The position numbers and the translations under genes are program-made. Of a stretch of DNA of 64,000 nt, positions 48,780 to 59,130 are shown one piece after another (the stretch's first letter is position 1; each line of letters starts with the position of its first letter). The DNA lies in the NCBI GenBank assembly GCA_036171675.1, contig JAVHRO010000080.1:10413-74412 (forward strand), written 5' to 3'. The DNA is from Vicingus sp. GTDB lineage: Bacteria; Bacteroidota; Bacteroidia; Flavobacteriales_E; Vicingaceae. The notes below the pieces were generated by a model. That model was given only the letters and a program-made list of their open reading frames with translations, ran no database searches and was not told where the DNA came from.

Positions 48780-49802
48780 ATGAAAGAAAAATTAAGCAAA
48801 GTTTTACAGGAAGTAGAATCGTTTAAAGCAGAAAACCTCGCCAATGTTGAAGAGTTTAGAATAAAAATTTTAGGCTCAAAAGGAATTTTAAAGGAACTAT
48901 TTTCCGATTTTAAGAACGTTCCGAACGAACAAAAAAAAGAAGTGGGTCAACTTATTAACGAAATAAAAGAAAAAGCTCAATTTAAAATTGATGAGTGTAA
49001 AACATTGTTTGAAAGCATTGTAAATGTTGACCATAACATTGATTTAACAAAGCCAGGATTTCCTCATACGATTGGTAGCCGACATCCAATTTCATTGGTT
49101 AAAAACGAAATAATCGAAATTTTTTCGCGTATTGGTTTTACTGTATCTGAAGGCCCAGAAATTGAAGATGATTGGCATAACTTTTCTGCCTTAAATTTTC
49201 CACCAGAACATCCCGCTAGAGACATGCAAGATACCTTTTTTGTTGAATCAGAATCGGGCGAAATAGCTTTACGAACACACACCTCTTCGGTTCAAGTGCG
49301 TATTATGGAAAACTCAAAACCACCTATTCGAACGTTGTCACCCGGAAGAGTGTATAGAAATGAAGCCATCTCAGCTCGAGCACATTGTTTTTTTCACCAA
49401 ATTGAAGGTTTATATATTGCAGAAAAGGTGTCGTTTGCCGATTTAAAACAAACCTTAATGTATTTTGCAAAAGAAATGTTTGGCGAACAAACCGAAATTC
49501 GTCTTCGTCCATCCTATTTTCCTTTTACAGAGCCGAGTGCTGAGGTAGATGTATCTTGCTCGGTTTGTGGTGGAAAGGGATGTAATGTTTGTAAATATTC
49601 TGGATTTTTAGAAATTTTAGGCTGCGGAATGGTTGATCCAAATGTATTAGAAAATTGTGGCATTGATTCAACAAAATATTCAGGTTTTGCTTTTGGAATG
49701 GGGGTAGAACGAATTGCTATGCTAAAATATAAGATCAACGATTTGAGATTGTTTTCAGAAGGAGATGTAAGGTTTTTACGTCAATTTAAATCGGAACAAT
49801 AA
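48780..49802 (+). CDS. pheS: Phenylalanine--tRNA ligase alpha subunit
   Basis: HPARDMQDTF, LRTHTS, FHQIEG, FPFTEPSAE, GCGMV, FAFGMG.ER. Confidence 0.97.
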   Translation: MKEKLSKVLQEVESFKAENLANVEEFRIKILGSKGILKELFSDFKNVPNEQKKEVGQLINEIKEKAQFKIDECKTLFESIVNVDHNIDLTKPGFPHTIGSRHPISLVKNEIIEIFSRIGFTVSEGPEIEDDWHNFSALNFPPEHPARDMQDTFFVESESGEIALRTHTSSVQVRIMENSKPPIRTLSPGRVYRNEAISARAHCFFHQIEGLYIAEKVSFADLKQTLMYFAKEMFGEQTEIRLRPSYFPFTEPSAEVDVSCSVCGGKGCNVCKYSGFLEILGCGMVDPNVLENCGIDSTKYSGFAFGMGVERIAMLKYKINDLRLFSEGDVRFLRQFKSEQ

Positions 49803-49823
49803 TTTTTTCATTACATCATTAGG

Positions 49824-51653
49824 ATGAAAAGACTTTTATGCATCATCTTCAGTGCATTTAGCCAATTTTTAATTGCTCAAACCAACTATTTCGATAGCTT
49901 GGAAATTTCGATTAAAAATTTATCGCCTTTTCAACAACAAAGTGTACTAGTATCATTGCCTTACGATAAAATTGTAGGAAACACCTCCCGTGCAGAAAAA
50001 TTATTTTTGAACGCACTAAAAGTTGCTAAACAAATCAACAACAAAGAATACGAGGCTGATATTTACAATCAACTTGCGCTCATTTATTCATATCAAGGAA
50101 AACAAGACATAAGTCTAAATTACAACTTAAAAGCAATTAACATTTATGAGTTAATTGAAAATAAATCAAAAGCTGGAACCACTTATGGATTGTTAGGTTT
50201 TTCAATGTATACTCGCGATATTGTAAGGGCAAAATTGTATATGCTTAAAGGAATAAAATTGCTTGAAACCAACAATGATTTAGTTGCACTTAATCCACTA
50301 TATGACAATTATGGTATTGTACAAGAGGTTTCTGGGAACATAGATAGTGCTATTTATTATTACAATTTAGCCCTCAAATTAAAACGCAACCAGCGCGATA
50401 GCGTTGGTATTCCGTTTGCATTAGGGCATTTATCTGGCGTTTATTTGCTCAAAAAAGAGTATAAGCACTCTAAAATTTACCTTGATGAATCATATGGAAT
50501 TCGTAAAAAAAGAAATGACACCTATGGCATAGCCGAATGCACCGTACTTTACGGTGATTTTTATTATGCACAGCAGCATTTTAAAGAAGCGTCGGTCTGG
50601 TTTTTGGAAAGCTACAACATGGCACTTAAGAATAAGTATATCCATCTAGCTCAATATGCTTCCCAACATTTATCTAGTTGTTATGAAAACTTGGGAAACA
50701 TGTTGGAGGCAATTAACTATTTAAAAATACAGCAATTGCTTAAAGACTCGATGATAAACGAAAAAACCAACAATGCTTTTGCTAAATATGAAATTCAATT
50801 TGATTCAGAAAAAAAAGAAAAACAAATTTTGGAGCAAAAAGCTAAAATAAGCGAACAAGAACTAAAAAGCAGAATCAGAACAAATCAAATTGTCATGTTG
50901 TCAGCTTTGCTCCTTGTGTTGTTAATTACAAGTTTTTTTGTGTACAAGCAACAAAAATTTAAGCAACAAAAACTCATCGAAGAAAATAGGTTAATGGAAC
51001 AATTGGCTAAAATAGAATTGCAAAACGAGCTTCAACAAGAACGTTTACGAATTTCGAGCGATTTACATGATAATATTGGTTCGCAGCTCACATTTATTAT
51101 TTCTTCAATTGACAACATTCAGTATCTGTTTAAGAATACCAATGACCAACTAAATCATAAATTGGTAAACATATCAACATTTACCCATAACACCATCACC
51201 CAATTGCGTGATACCATTTGGGCATTAAATAAAGATGAAATTAATTTTGATGATTTAAAAGAACGCCTAAACAACTATCTTAATCAGGCAAAATCAGCAC
51301 AAGAAAAAATAAAATTTGAGACCATCAACACCCATACAAATAACTATAAATTAAATGCGTTACAAGGAGTAAATATTTATAGAATTGTACAAGAGTCCAT
51401 TAATAATTCCATTAAGTATTCTGCTGCAACAACAATTTCTTTAGTATTTACCGAAACCAATAATGAACTTAAAATTGCTGTTATCGACGATGGAATTGGG
51501 TTTGTATTGAATAAAATTACGCTAGGGAATGGACTTCAAAACATAAAAAACCGGGCTTTAAAAATTAATGCCTACCTAACTATTAATTCAACTCCCGAAA
51601 AAGGCACATCCATAACGCTAATTATTAAAAAAGATACGATAAATGCCGTATAG
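49824..51653 (+). CDS. TPR-containing sensor histidine kinase (HisKA_3)
   Basis: Periplasmic TPR helices, one TM, RISSDLHDNIGS, DDGIGF...GNGLQNI. Confidence 0.92.
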   Translation: MKRLLCIIFSAFSQFLIAQTNYFDSLEISIKNLSPFQQQSVLVSLPYDKIVGNTSRAEKLFLNALKVAKQINNKEYEADIYNQLALIYSYQGKQDISLNYNLKAINIYELIENKSKAGTTYGLLGFSMYTRDIVRAKLYMLKGIKLLETNNDLVALNPLYDNYGIVQEVSGNIDSAIYYYNLALKLKRNQRDSVGIPFALGHLSGVYLLKKEYKHSKIYLDESYGIRKKRNDTYGIAECTVLYGDFYYAQQHFKEASVWFLESYNMALKNKYIHLAQYASQHLSSCYENLGNMLEAINYLKIQQLLKDSMINEKTNNAFAKYEIQFDSEKKEKQILEQKAKISEQELKSRIRTNQIVMLSALLLVLLITSFFVYKQQKFKQQKLIEENRLMEQLAKIELQNELQQERLRISSDLHDNIGSQLTFIISSIDNIQYLFKNTNDQLNHKLVNISTFTHNTITQLRDTIWALNKDEINFDDLKERLNNYLNQAKSAQEKIKFETINTHTNNYKLNALQGVNIYRIVQESINNSIKYSAATTISLVFTETNNELKIAVIDDGIGFVLNKITLGNGLQNIKNRALKINAYLTINSTPEKGTSITLIIKKDTINAV

Positions 51654-51695
51654 TTTGTAAATTTTTGTGGTATTAACTTTGAATAAAAATTAATT

Positions 51696-52349
51696 ATGCG
51701 GATTCGAATTGCTGTTGCCGAGGATAATGTTTTTTTAGCTCAAGCTATTGAAGAGAAAATTTCATTTTTTGACCATTTAAAATTTAAATTTAAAGGAGCG
51801 AATGGCGCCGAATTAATTGGCAAATTAGACGTTGATCACAATATCGACGTTATTTTGATGGACATACAAATGCCCGAAATGGATGGGATTTCTGCCACGG
51901 CATTTATAAAAAGCAAGTATCCTCAAATTAAAATAATAATGCTTACGGTATTTGATGACGACAACAACATTTTTAATGCGATAAAAGCTGGTGCCGATGG
52001 GTATTTGCTTAAAGAAACAAACCCCGAAGATTTAAATAAAAGTATTTTAGAAGTGCTCGATGGTGGTGCTGCTATGACCCCTTCAATTGCCTTGAAAACA
52101 TTAAATTTACTGCGATTTCCAGAGCGCTTAACACAAGATAAAATTGTTCAAGACGAGATTTCCTTAAGTAGTAGAGAAGTAGAAATTTTAGATCAACTTT
52201 CAAAAGGATTAAACTATCAGAATATTGCCGACAACTTATTTATTAGTCCAGCAACAGTCCGAAAACACATCGAAAATATCTACAAAAAATTACAAGTTCA
52301 TAATAAAATAGAAGCGATTCAAAAAGCCATAAAACTTGATTTGTTGTAA
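51696..52349 (+). CDS. NarL/LuxR-family response regulator
   Basis: EDN, LMDIQMP, GYLLK; LSSRE...GLNYQNIA..LFISPATVRKH; TAACTTTG at 51674-51681. Confidence 0.95.
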   Translation: MRIRIAVAEDNVFLAQAIEEKISFFDHLKFKFKGANGAELIGKLDVDHNIDVILMDIQMPEMDGISATAFIKSKYPQIKIIMLTVFDDDNNIFNAIKAGADGYLLKETNPEDLNKSILEVLDGGAAMTPSIALKTLNLLRFPERLTQDKIVQDEISLSSREVEILDQLSKGLNYQNIADNLFISPATVRKHIENIYKKLQVHNKIEAIQKAIKLDLL

Positions 52350-52570
52350 ACCCCGAAACACCTTTTTTATAATTTAAAGAATCATACTGAATCATGAATA
52401 AGTGCTATTCACTATCTGTTCTCATTTTCAGCCATCAAATTCATAGCTATCAATGCTCTATCTGTCTGTTTTGGTTTTCGTATTTGATAATCAATGAACA
52501 ACTTTTATTTTTACCATATTTTTAACCAAACCACGGGTTGTCTAAATAATTTAGCCTTTAATTAGAATGT

Positions 52571-52607
52571 TAGAGGCTAATCAGTTGAGCAGCCTCTACT
52601 TGTTTTT
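52571..52607 (+). terminator. Probable intrinsic terminator
   Basis: tagaggct-aatcagttgagc-agcctcta stem followed by cttgttttt. Confidence 0.4.
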
Positions 52608-52708
52608 AACGCAACGAGCTAAATCTTTAAAATATTTAAAGTAAATAATTACTTTAGCACATTATTTATACTAAAAGGCGTTAAAATAAGTTATACTTGA
52701 TTTAAAAA

Positions 52709-55300
52709 TTGAAATTTTCTACATACATAAAAGGGTTTATTCTAATTTTTGTTGTTTTGCTGGCGGCTTGTTCCACCAAAAAAAACTCGTTCACTCGCAG
52801 GGTATATCACAACACCACCACTCGATACAATTATTATTTTAACGCAAAAGAAATAATGAAACTAACCAATCAAAAGTTAGTTGAAGATAATGTTGATGAT
52901 TTTTCTGAATTATTACCGCTATTTATTCTTCCAAACGAAGAAAAATCAAAAGGTTTATATCCAGACATGGATAAGGTTATAGATAAATGTTCTGAAGCAA
53001 TTGATAGGCATTCAATATTTGTTAACAAAGAAGAACACAACAAATGGATTGATGAGTGCTATATGCTTATCGGTAAAGCTCGTTATTACAAAGGAGAGCA
53101 TTATTTAGCAATAGAAGTATTCGAATACCTTGCAAAAGCATATAATAACAAACCCGAACAAAATGCGGCTTTAATTTGGTTGGCCCGAACTCATATGAAA
53201 GTGAATGAAATGAGTAAGGCAGAATCCTATTTAAAGTTGATGGATGAAGGATCCGATCCACCTGATAAATATAAAAGTGAGTACAATGCGGTATATGCTG
53301 ATTTTTTAATAAAAAACAAACAGTATGATGATGCCATTGCAAAACTGGAAGAAGCCCTAAAATTTACAAAAAACAGCATTGATAAGCAACGATTTACGTA
53401 TGTATTAGCACAATTATGGCTTAAAAAGAAAGAGTTTGGAAAATCTTCTGAACTTTTTGCCAAGGTTATTAGTCTTAAACCACGATACGACATGATGTTC
53501 AATGCTCAAATTAGCAGAGCTTTATCGTTTGACGTCGAAGGAAAAGACAATGATGAAGTTAAAAAAATGTTAACCAAAATGCAGCGTGATGCTAAAAACA
53601 AGGAATTCTTGGATCAGATTTATTATGCATTAGCTGATATCGCTTTTAAACAAAATGATGAGCCACTTGGAATTGCCTATTTAAAAAAATCCACTGCAAC
53701 GAGTGTAAATAACCAGAAACAAAAGGCTATGTCCTATTTACGTTTAGGTGAGTTGTATTACGATAAGCCACAGTATGTTCCATCGCAAATGTATTATGAT
53801 AGTTGTGTCTCCATTTTACCACAAACCTATGCCAATTATGATAACATTTATGACAGAAGTAGGGCTTTAAAAAAATTGGTGAATCATATTAATACGGTTC
53901 AATTGCAAGATAGCTTGCAGAAAATGGCATTGGACGAAAATTATCGAAAAAGGGCCATTGACGAGCTTGTTGAAAAAGAAAAATTGGATGAACAACTAAA
54001 AGCCCAGCAAGAAGCTTCAAAATTGAATAATTCAGGCTCACAATCCAATTCTGGCACAGGAATAAATGATAATTCTAATGGTAAATGGTATTTCTATAAC
54101 CCAACTATAATAAGTTTTGGGGTGTTGGATTTTGAAAAAAATTGGGGAAATCGAAAACTTGAAGACAACTGGAGAAGAAGTAATAAACAAGCTAACATCA
54201 ATTTTGATGAGGACTTTACTGAGGAATTAACCGATTCTACTACTTCTGATAGTTTAGTGATAAACGAAAAAACTAATCCAGATTATTACCTTAAATTTTT
54301 GCCACTCACGGATAAAAAAATGACGGCATCTCACAATAAAATTATTGAAGCGTTATATGCCCAAGGAAATATTTACCGTGAAGATTTTAATGATTATAAC
54401 CATTCCATAGCAGCTTTTGAAGAATTATTAAACCGTTATGATACTTGCAGATACGTATTGCCAACCTGGTACAACCTCTATCGAATTAGTTTGGTTACCA
54501 ATGATGACACCATGAAGGAGAAATACAGGAAATTAATCATTCAAAATTACCCTGAAAGTGAGTATGCAAAAATTATTCAAGACCCTACCTACAATAAAGC
54601 CACTCGCGAAAATAGAAAACGAGTAGATAATTATTACAGCATTATTTTCGATTTTTATAAAGAAAAAAATTACGCACTAGTATTAACTCGAGTTGAAAAA
54701 GCAAAATCAATTTTTGCTGACAATCATTTACAAGACAAGTTCGATTTTCTTGCAGCACTTTCTATCGGACATATTGCTCCAATAGACACATTTCAATTGG
54801 CACTTGAAAATGTGATTAAAAACCATGCTGCATCTACGGTTGCTGGTGAGGCAAAAATAATTTTAGACGAAATAAAAAAATTAAAATCAACTAGTTCTGC
54901 ACCAATAACTTCAGACGCCGATGTTGTTAAATATAAATTCAAAGCTGCTGAAAAGTATTCGTTTGTGTTGGTTGTGCCTTCAATGGATAAAAATACCAAT
55001 CAGTACAAAGTAGATATTTCAAATTTTAATTCGATTTTTTACAATTCAAAAACGTTTAATATAAACAGTATGTTTTTAAATCCATTAAACCAATTGATAG
55101 TAATTAAAGAATTTGATGATGAAAATGCTGCTCTTGATTATTACCAATCATTTATTATAAATAAGGAAAACCTAGAATCAATTAATTCCAAAAACTACTC
55201 AAGATTTGTGATTTCGGATGAGAATTTCGTAGTTTTGTATAAAGATAAAGATATTAAAGATTACCTAACATTCTTTACCAAACAATTTGGTTTAGAATAA
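52709..55300 (+). CDS. sprE: T9SS/gliding periplasmic TPR lipoprotein SprE/PorW
   Basis: Lipobox LAAC; STKKNSFTRRVYHNTTTRYNYYFNA, KWYFYNP, WGNRKLEDNWRRS; TPR repeats; precedes bactofilin and atp genes. Confidence 0.8.
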   Translation: MKFSTYIKGFILIFVVLLAACSTKKNSFTRRVYHNTTTRYNYYFNAKEIMKLTNQKLVEDNVDDFSELLPLFILPNEEKSKGLYPDMDKVIDKCSEAIDRHSIFVNKEEHNKWIDECYMLIGKARYYKGEHYLAIEVFEYLAKAYNNKPEQNAALIWLARTHMKVNEMSKAESYLKLMDEGSDPPDKYKSEYNAVYADFLIKNKQYDDAIAKLEEALKFTKNSIDKQRFTYVLAQLWLKKKEFGKSSELFAKVISLKPRYDMMFNAQISRALSFDVEGKDNDEVKKMLTKMQRDAKNKEFLDQIYYALADIAFKQNDEPLGIAYLKKSTATSVNNQKQKAMSYLRLGELYYDKPQYVPSQMYYDSCVSILPQTYANYDNIYDRSRALKKLVNHINTVQLQDSLQKMALDENYRKRAIDELVEKEKLDEQLKAQQEASKLNNSGSQSNSGTGINDNSNGKWYFYNPTIISFGVLDFEKNWGNRKLEDNWRRSNKQANINFDEDFTEELTDSTTSDSLVINEKTNPDYYLKFLPLTDKKMTASHNKIIEALYAQGNIYREDFNDYNHSIAAFEELLNRYDTCRYVLPTWYNLYRISLVTNDDTMKEKYRKLIIQNYPESEYAKIIQDPTYNKATRENRKRVDNYYSIIFDFYKEKNYALVLTRVEKAKSIFADNHLQDKFDFLAALSIGHIAPIDTFQLALENVIKNHAASTVAGEAKIILDEIKKLKSTSSAPITSDADVVKYKFKAAEKYSFVLVVPSMDKNTNQYKVDISNFNSIFYNSKTFNINSMFLNPLNQLIVIKEFDDENAALDYYQSFIINKENLESINSKNYSRFVISDENFVVLYKDKDIKDYLTFFTKQFGLE

Positions 55301-55350
55301 TCTTTTTATATATTTGCCTTATATTATATATCAAAATTCTTTACTTAGAA

Positions 55351-55779
55351 ATGTTTAACAAAAAACCTTTTACCATGGCGAAAAATCAAGAAGTTGATGC
55401 TTCAGCAATCAATATTATAAGAAAAGGCACTGAAATTAAAGGGGAAATTAAATGTGCAGGCGATATTCGTATTGACGGAGTTTTATCTGGTAAAATTTTT
55501 ACTGAAGGTAAATTGGTAGTTGGTCAGTCTGGAACTATTGATGGTGATGTGGTGTGCAGAAATGCTGATATTTCGGGAACTATTCATGCAAATATTTCCG
55601 TAAAAGAGTTATTATTGTTAAAGTCATCTGCCAACATTATTGGCGACATAAAAACAGGTAAATTATCTATTGAACCTGGTGCTAATTTTACAGGCGCTTG
55701 CAACATGGGCGGGGTAGTAAAAGGCATAAAAAATGAAGAAAAAAGAGAACCCATCGAAAAAGTCCAACAATTCGCTTAA
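55351..55779 (+). CDS. Bactofilin (polymer-forming cytoskeletal protein)
   Basis: NII.KGTEIKGEI...GDIRIDG...GKLVVG..G.IDG...IEPGA.FTG; TATATTTG at 55309-55316; start may be 55375. Confidence 0.92.
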   Translation: MFNKKPFTMAKNQEVDASAINIIRKGTEIKGEIKCAGDIRIDGVLSGKIFTEGKLVVGQSGTIDGDVVCRNADISGTIHANISVKELLLLKSSANIIGDIKTGKLSIEPGANFTGACNMGGVVKGIKNEEKREPIEKVQQFA

Positions 55780-55984
55780 TCAATACGCCCGATTTTCCAG
55801 TGTGGCCATACAAATGGGAGTTATTATTGGGTTCAGTGCATGGGGTGGTAAAAAACTTGACACCTATTTTAATCTAAGTAAGCCTTATTTAACTATAGTT
55901 TGCGCCCTTACAGGTGTTGCAATTGCATTGTATTTTATAATTAGGGAAGTAACAAACATGGGGAATAAAAATGAAGGGAATTAA
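55733..55984 (+). CDS. AtpZ/AtpI family protein
   Basis: YARFSSVAIQMG..IG...GG..LD; two TM helices. Confidence 0.85.
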   Translation: MKKKENPSKKSNNSLNQYARFSSVAIQMGVIIGFSAWGGKKLDTYFNLSKPYLTIVCALTGVAIALYFIIREVTNMGNKNEGN

Positions 55985-56354
55985 TATTTACCTACTGTTA
56001 TTTGTGTTTTCTTTGCTGCTTTTTGGGCTTCATTTTTTTCTCAATTCAACTTCATTTTTTGAATTTATTTTGACAAAAGAGCTAATTAAAATTCACGTAT
56101 TTATTTCTTTTTTTTCGTTAATGGTTGTTTTTTTGTCAGGGTTGGTAATTAAAAAGTTTCCAGACAAGGTGGGTTTTACTTATCTTGGTTTAGTATTGTT
56201 TAAAATAATTGCCTCGTCTTTCCTCATGTTTTCGTTTTTATCCAGCGATAAGACTCATGGTAAAATAATAGTGTTAAATTTCTTAGTAATTTTCTTTTTG
56301 CATATTGTTTTTGAAGTTTGGTTTCTTCTTGGTAAGTTAAAAAAAATTGACTAG
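55971..56354 (+). CDS. Four-TM membrane protein upstream of atpB (ATP synthase I-like)
   Basis: Four hydrophobic segments, FPDKVGFTYL; position before the atp operon. Confidence 0.65.
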   Translation: MKGINIYLLLFVFSLLLFGLHFFLNSTSFFEFILTKELIKIHVFISFFSLMVVFLSGLVIKKFPDKVGFTYLGLVLFKIIASSFLMFSFLSSDKTHGKIIVLNFLVIFFLHIVFEVWFLLGKLKKID

Positions 56355-56500
56355 AAAAATAGTGTTTTTAGCTTCTGTTTTTTGGCATAAATAACTGGAT
56401 AATAAAACTTTATAAATTGAGTCTCTTTCTTATTGGCTCGGGGATAATAAAATCAACTAATTATTTAATAATAATACATTGTCTAAATAGAATATTTAAC

Positions 56501-56508
56501 TACATTTG
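56501..56508 (+). promoter_or_regulatory. Bacteroidota -7 element of the atp operon
   Basis: TACATTTG 33 nt before the atpB ATG. Confidence 0.55.
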
Positions 56509-56541
56509 TAGCCAATTTTAAGGTCCAGAAAAATTAGGCAT

Positions 56542-57684
56542 ATGTTTAAAAATAATTTCATAAAAACAATAGTTTTTTCAATACTTTCACTCGTTTTTAT
56601 GACCAATGTTTATGCAAAAAATCAAGATAAAATTATTGCAGAACATGGCGAAAATCATAAAACAGCAGCGACAGACGAAAAGTACGATCCGATTCCAGCA
56701 ATAATGAGTCACGTTGCCGATGCTCATGATTGGCATTTTTTTGAGTATAAAGGCGAAGGATATTCAATGCCATTACCTATTATTTTATGGACAGAAAAGG
56801 GGTTGATAATGTTTATGTCAAGCAAATTCCATCATGATAATACAGGAGCACATCCAGTTGATGTTAACGGTATGAGATTTATTCGATTCAATGAAAAAAT
56901 TTATCAATTCACTGAAAGTGCGTATTTGGCACAGATGAGACTAACTGATAGAGCTCCAATTGAATTCAATTACGAAACAACTGTTCGCCCAATTGACTTA
57001 TCCATTACAAAAAATATTTTTGCTATGTTAATGTCGGTGGCTTTAATGTTTTTTGTGTTTATTAAAACCGCCAACTATTATAAAAAAAATGGAGCAGTTG
57101 CACCAAAAGGAATTGCATCATTTATGGAAACGCTTATTGTTTTTGTTAGAGATGATATCGCTAGAACGAATATTGGTGAAAAAAAATATCAAAAGTTTAT
57201 GCCATTTTTATTAACCGTATTTTTCTTCATTTGGTTTAATAACATGCTTGGATTAGTGCCTTGGATTGGTGGTGCAAATTTAACTGGAAATATTGCTGTT
57301 ACTATGGTTTTAGCAGTATTTACCTTGGTGGTGACCAACCTAAACGGAAACAAAGCTTACTGGGGGCATATTTTTTGGATGCCCGGAGCACCTTGGCCAG
57401 TAAAATTATTGTTAGCACCAATTGAATTAGTGGGCGTTGTAACCAAGCCATTTGCATTAATGATTCGTTTATTCGCAAACATCACAGCTGGGCATATTGT
57501 AGTGTTGAGTTTGATTTCGTTAATTTTTATTTTTAAAAGTCTTGCAATGAGTGTTGTTGCAGTACCATTTGCATTATTTATTTCTGTGTTAGAGCTTTTG
57601 GTAGCTTTTTTACAGGCTTATGTTTTTACAATGCTTTCAGCCTTGTTCATCGGAACAGCTGTAGCAGAACATGAACATCATTAA
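56542..57684 (+). CDS. atpB: F0F1 ATP synthase subunit a
   Basis: DLSITKN, ANLTGNI, IRLFANITAGH, LQAYVFTMLS. Confidence 0.97.
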   Translation: MFKNNFIKTIVFSILSLVFMTNVYAKNQDKIIAEHGENHKTAATDEKYDPIPAIMSHVADAHDWHFFEYKGEGYSMPLPIILWTEKGLIMFMSSKFHHDNTGAHPVDVNGMRFIRFNEKIYQFTESAYLAQMRLTDRAPIEFNYETTVRPIDLSITKNIFAMLMSVALMFFVFIKTANYYKKNGAVAPKGIASFMETLIVFVRDDIARTNIGEKKYQKFMPFLLTVFFFIWFNNMLGLVPWIGGANLTGNIAVTMVLAVFTLVVTNLNGNKAYWGHIFWMPGAPWPVKLLLAPIELVGVVTKPFALMIRLFANITAGHIVVLSLISLIFIFKSLAMSVVAVPFALFISVLELLVAFLQAYVFTMLSALFIGTAVAEHEHH

Positions 57685-57691
57685 TTTGTAA

Positions 57692-57925
<234 letters not shown>

Positions 57926-57931
57926 AAAACT

Positions 57932-57968
57932 AAAACCAACTTATTGCGATTGGCAGTAAGTTGGTTTT
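57932..57968 (+). terminator. Stem-loop between atpE and atpF (partial terminator or mRNA stabiliser)
   Basis: aaaaccaacttattgc-gattg-gcagtaagttggtttt. Confidence 0.6.
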
Positions 57969-57992
57969 TAATTAAACATTAAAAAAAATAAA

Positions 57993-58493
57993 ATGAACAA
58001 TCCTTTAGTAACCCCTGAGCTTGGTCTTATTGTTTGGACAACGCTTGTATTTTGTATATTATTCTTTTTATTAGCAAAATATGCTTGGAAACCAATTTTA
58101 AATGCCGTTAAAGAAAGAGAAACTTCGATTGAAAACGCTTTAAATTTAGCTGAACAAACTAAAAGAGAAATGGCTGAACTTTCCGCTTCAAATGAAGTGC
58201 TTTTAAATAAAGCTAGAGAAGAGCGAGATGAAATGTTTAAGGAAGCACGTGTGGTTAGAGATAAAATGATTAACGAGGCTAAAACTACAGCAAATACTGA
58301 AGCTGAAAAAATCATTTCTCAAGCTAGACAGGCAATTCAACACGAAAAAATGGCTGCTATTACAGATTTAAAAAATCAGGTAGCAACTTTATCCATTGAA
58401 ATTGCTGAAAAAATATTAAAACAAGAACTGTCAAATGCCGAAAAACAAAAAGCATTAATTGATAGTGTAGTAAGCGAAATTAATCTAAACTAA
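57993..58493 (+). CDS. atpF: F0F1 ATP synthase subunit b
   Basis: PELGLIVWT, AKYAWKPIL..VKERE, coiled coil. Confidence 0.95.
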   Translation: MNNPLVTPELGLIVWTTLVFCILFFLLAKYAWKPILNAVKERETSIENALNLAEQTKREMAELSASNEVLLNKAREERDEMFKEARVVRDKMINEAKTTANTEAEKIISQARQAIQHEKMAAITDLKNQVATLSIEIAEKILKQELSNAEKQKALIDSVVSEINLN

Positions 58494-58501
58494 TATTTTA
58501 G

Positions 58502-59056
58502 ATGAAAGATATAAAAGTTGCTTCACGTTACGCCAAGTCATTGCTTGGCATTGCTATTGAAAATAATTGCGTAGAAGAAATTTTTTCTGATATGCGATTA
58601 ATTAGCAAGGTTTGTCTTGAAAATAGAGAATTGATTTCACTTATCAAAAGCCCTATTGTTAGAGGAGATATTAAGTTAAAAATTTTAAACGAAATCTTTA
58701 CTGCAATCAATACCGTATCTGCTTCTTTCATTAAAATTATTGTGGCAAAAAAACGTGAAGGTTTGTTGGCTGATATTGCCGATTCATTTATTGAAGCCTA
58801 CAAAGTTCATAAAAATATCAAAACTGCATTTGTTACTTCAGCTACGGTATTAACAGCTGAACAAAAGGACAGAATCAAACAACTCATTAACAAAACATAT
58901 CATTCTACCATCGAATTTGAGCAAATTATTGATCCATCTATTTTAGGTGGAATTGTGTTGAGAATTGATGATATACAATTTGATGAAAGCATTAAACGTA
59001 AGCTTCAAAATTTAGTCATGGAATTTGACGAAAATCCTTATGTAAAAGAATTTTAA
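58502..59056 (+). CDS. atpH: F0F1 ATP synthase subunit delta
   Basis: VASRYAKSL, DPSILGGIVLRI. Confidence 0.95.
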   Translation: MKDIKVASRYAKSLLGIAIENNCVEEIFSDMRLISKVCLENRELISLIKSPIVRGDIKLKILNEIFTAINTVSASFIKIIVAKKREGLLADIADSFIEAYKVHKNIKTAFVTSATVLTAEQKDRIKQLINKTYHSTIEFEQIIDPSILGGIVLRIDDIQFDESIKRKLQNLVMEFDENPYVKEF

Positions 59057-59130
59057 CAGACAGAAGTAACATAGAAAGTGAATGTTGAATTCACTGAATA
59101 GAAACAATAAATAACGAAAAATAAATAAAA

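Noticed and set aside
52400-52500. IS/transposase remnant on the minus strand (FIDYQIRKPKQTDRALIAMNLMAENENR)
   Set aside because: No family is recognisable and no IRs; cannot be supported without a search.
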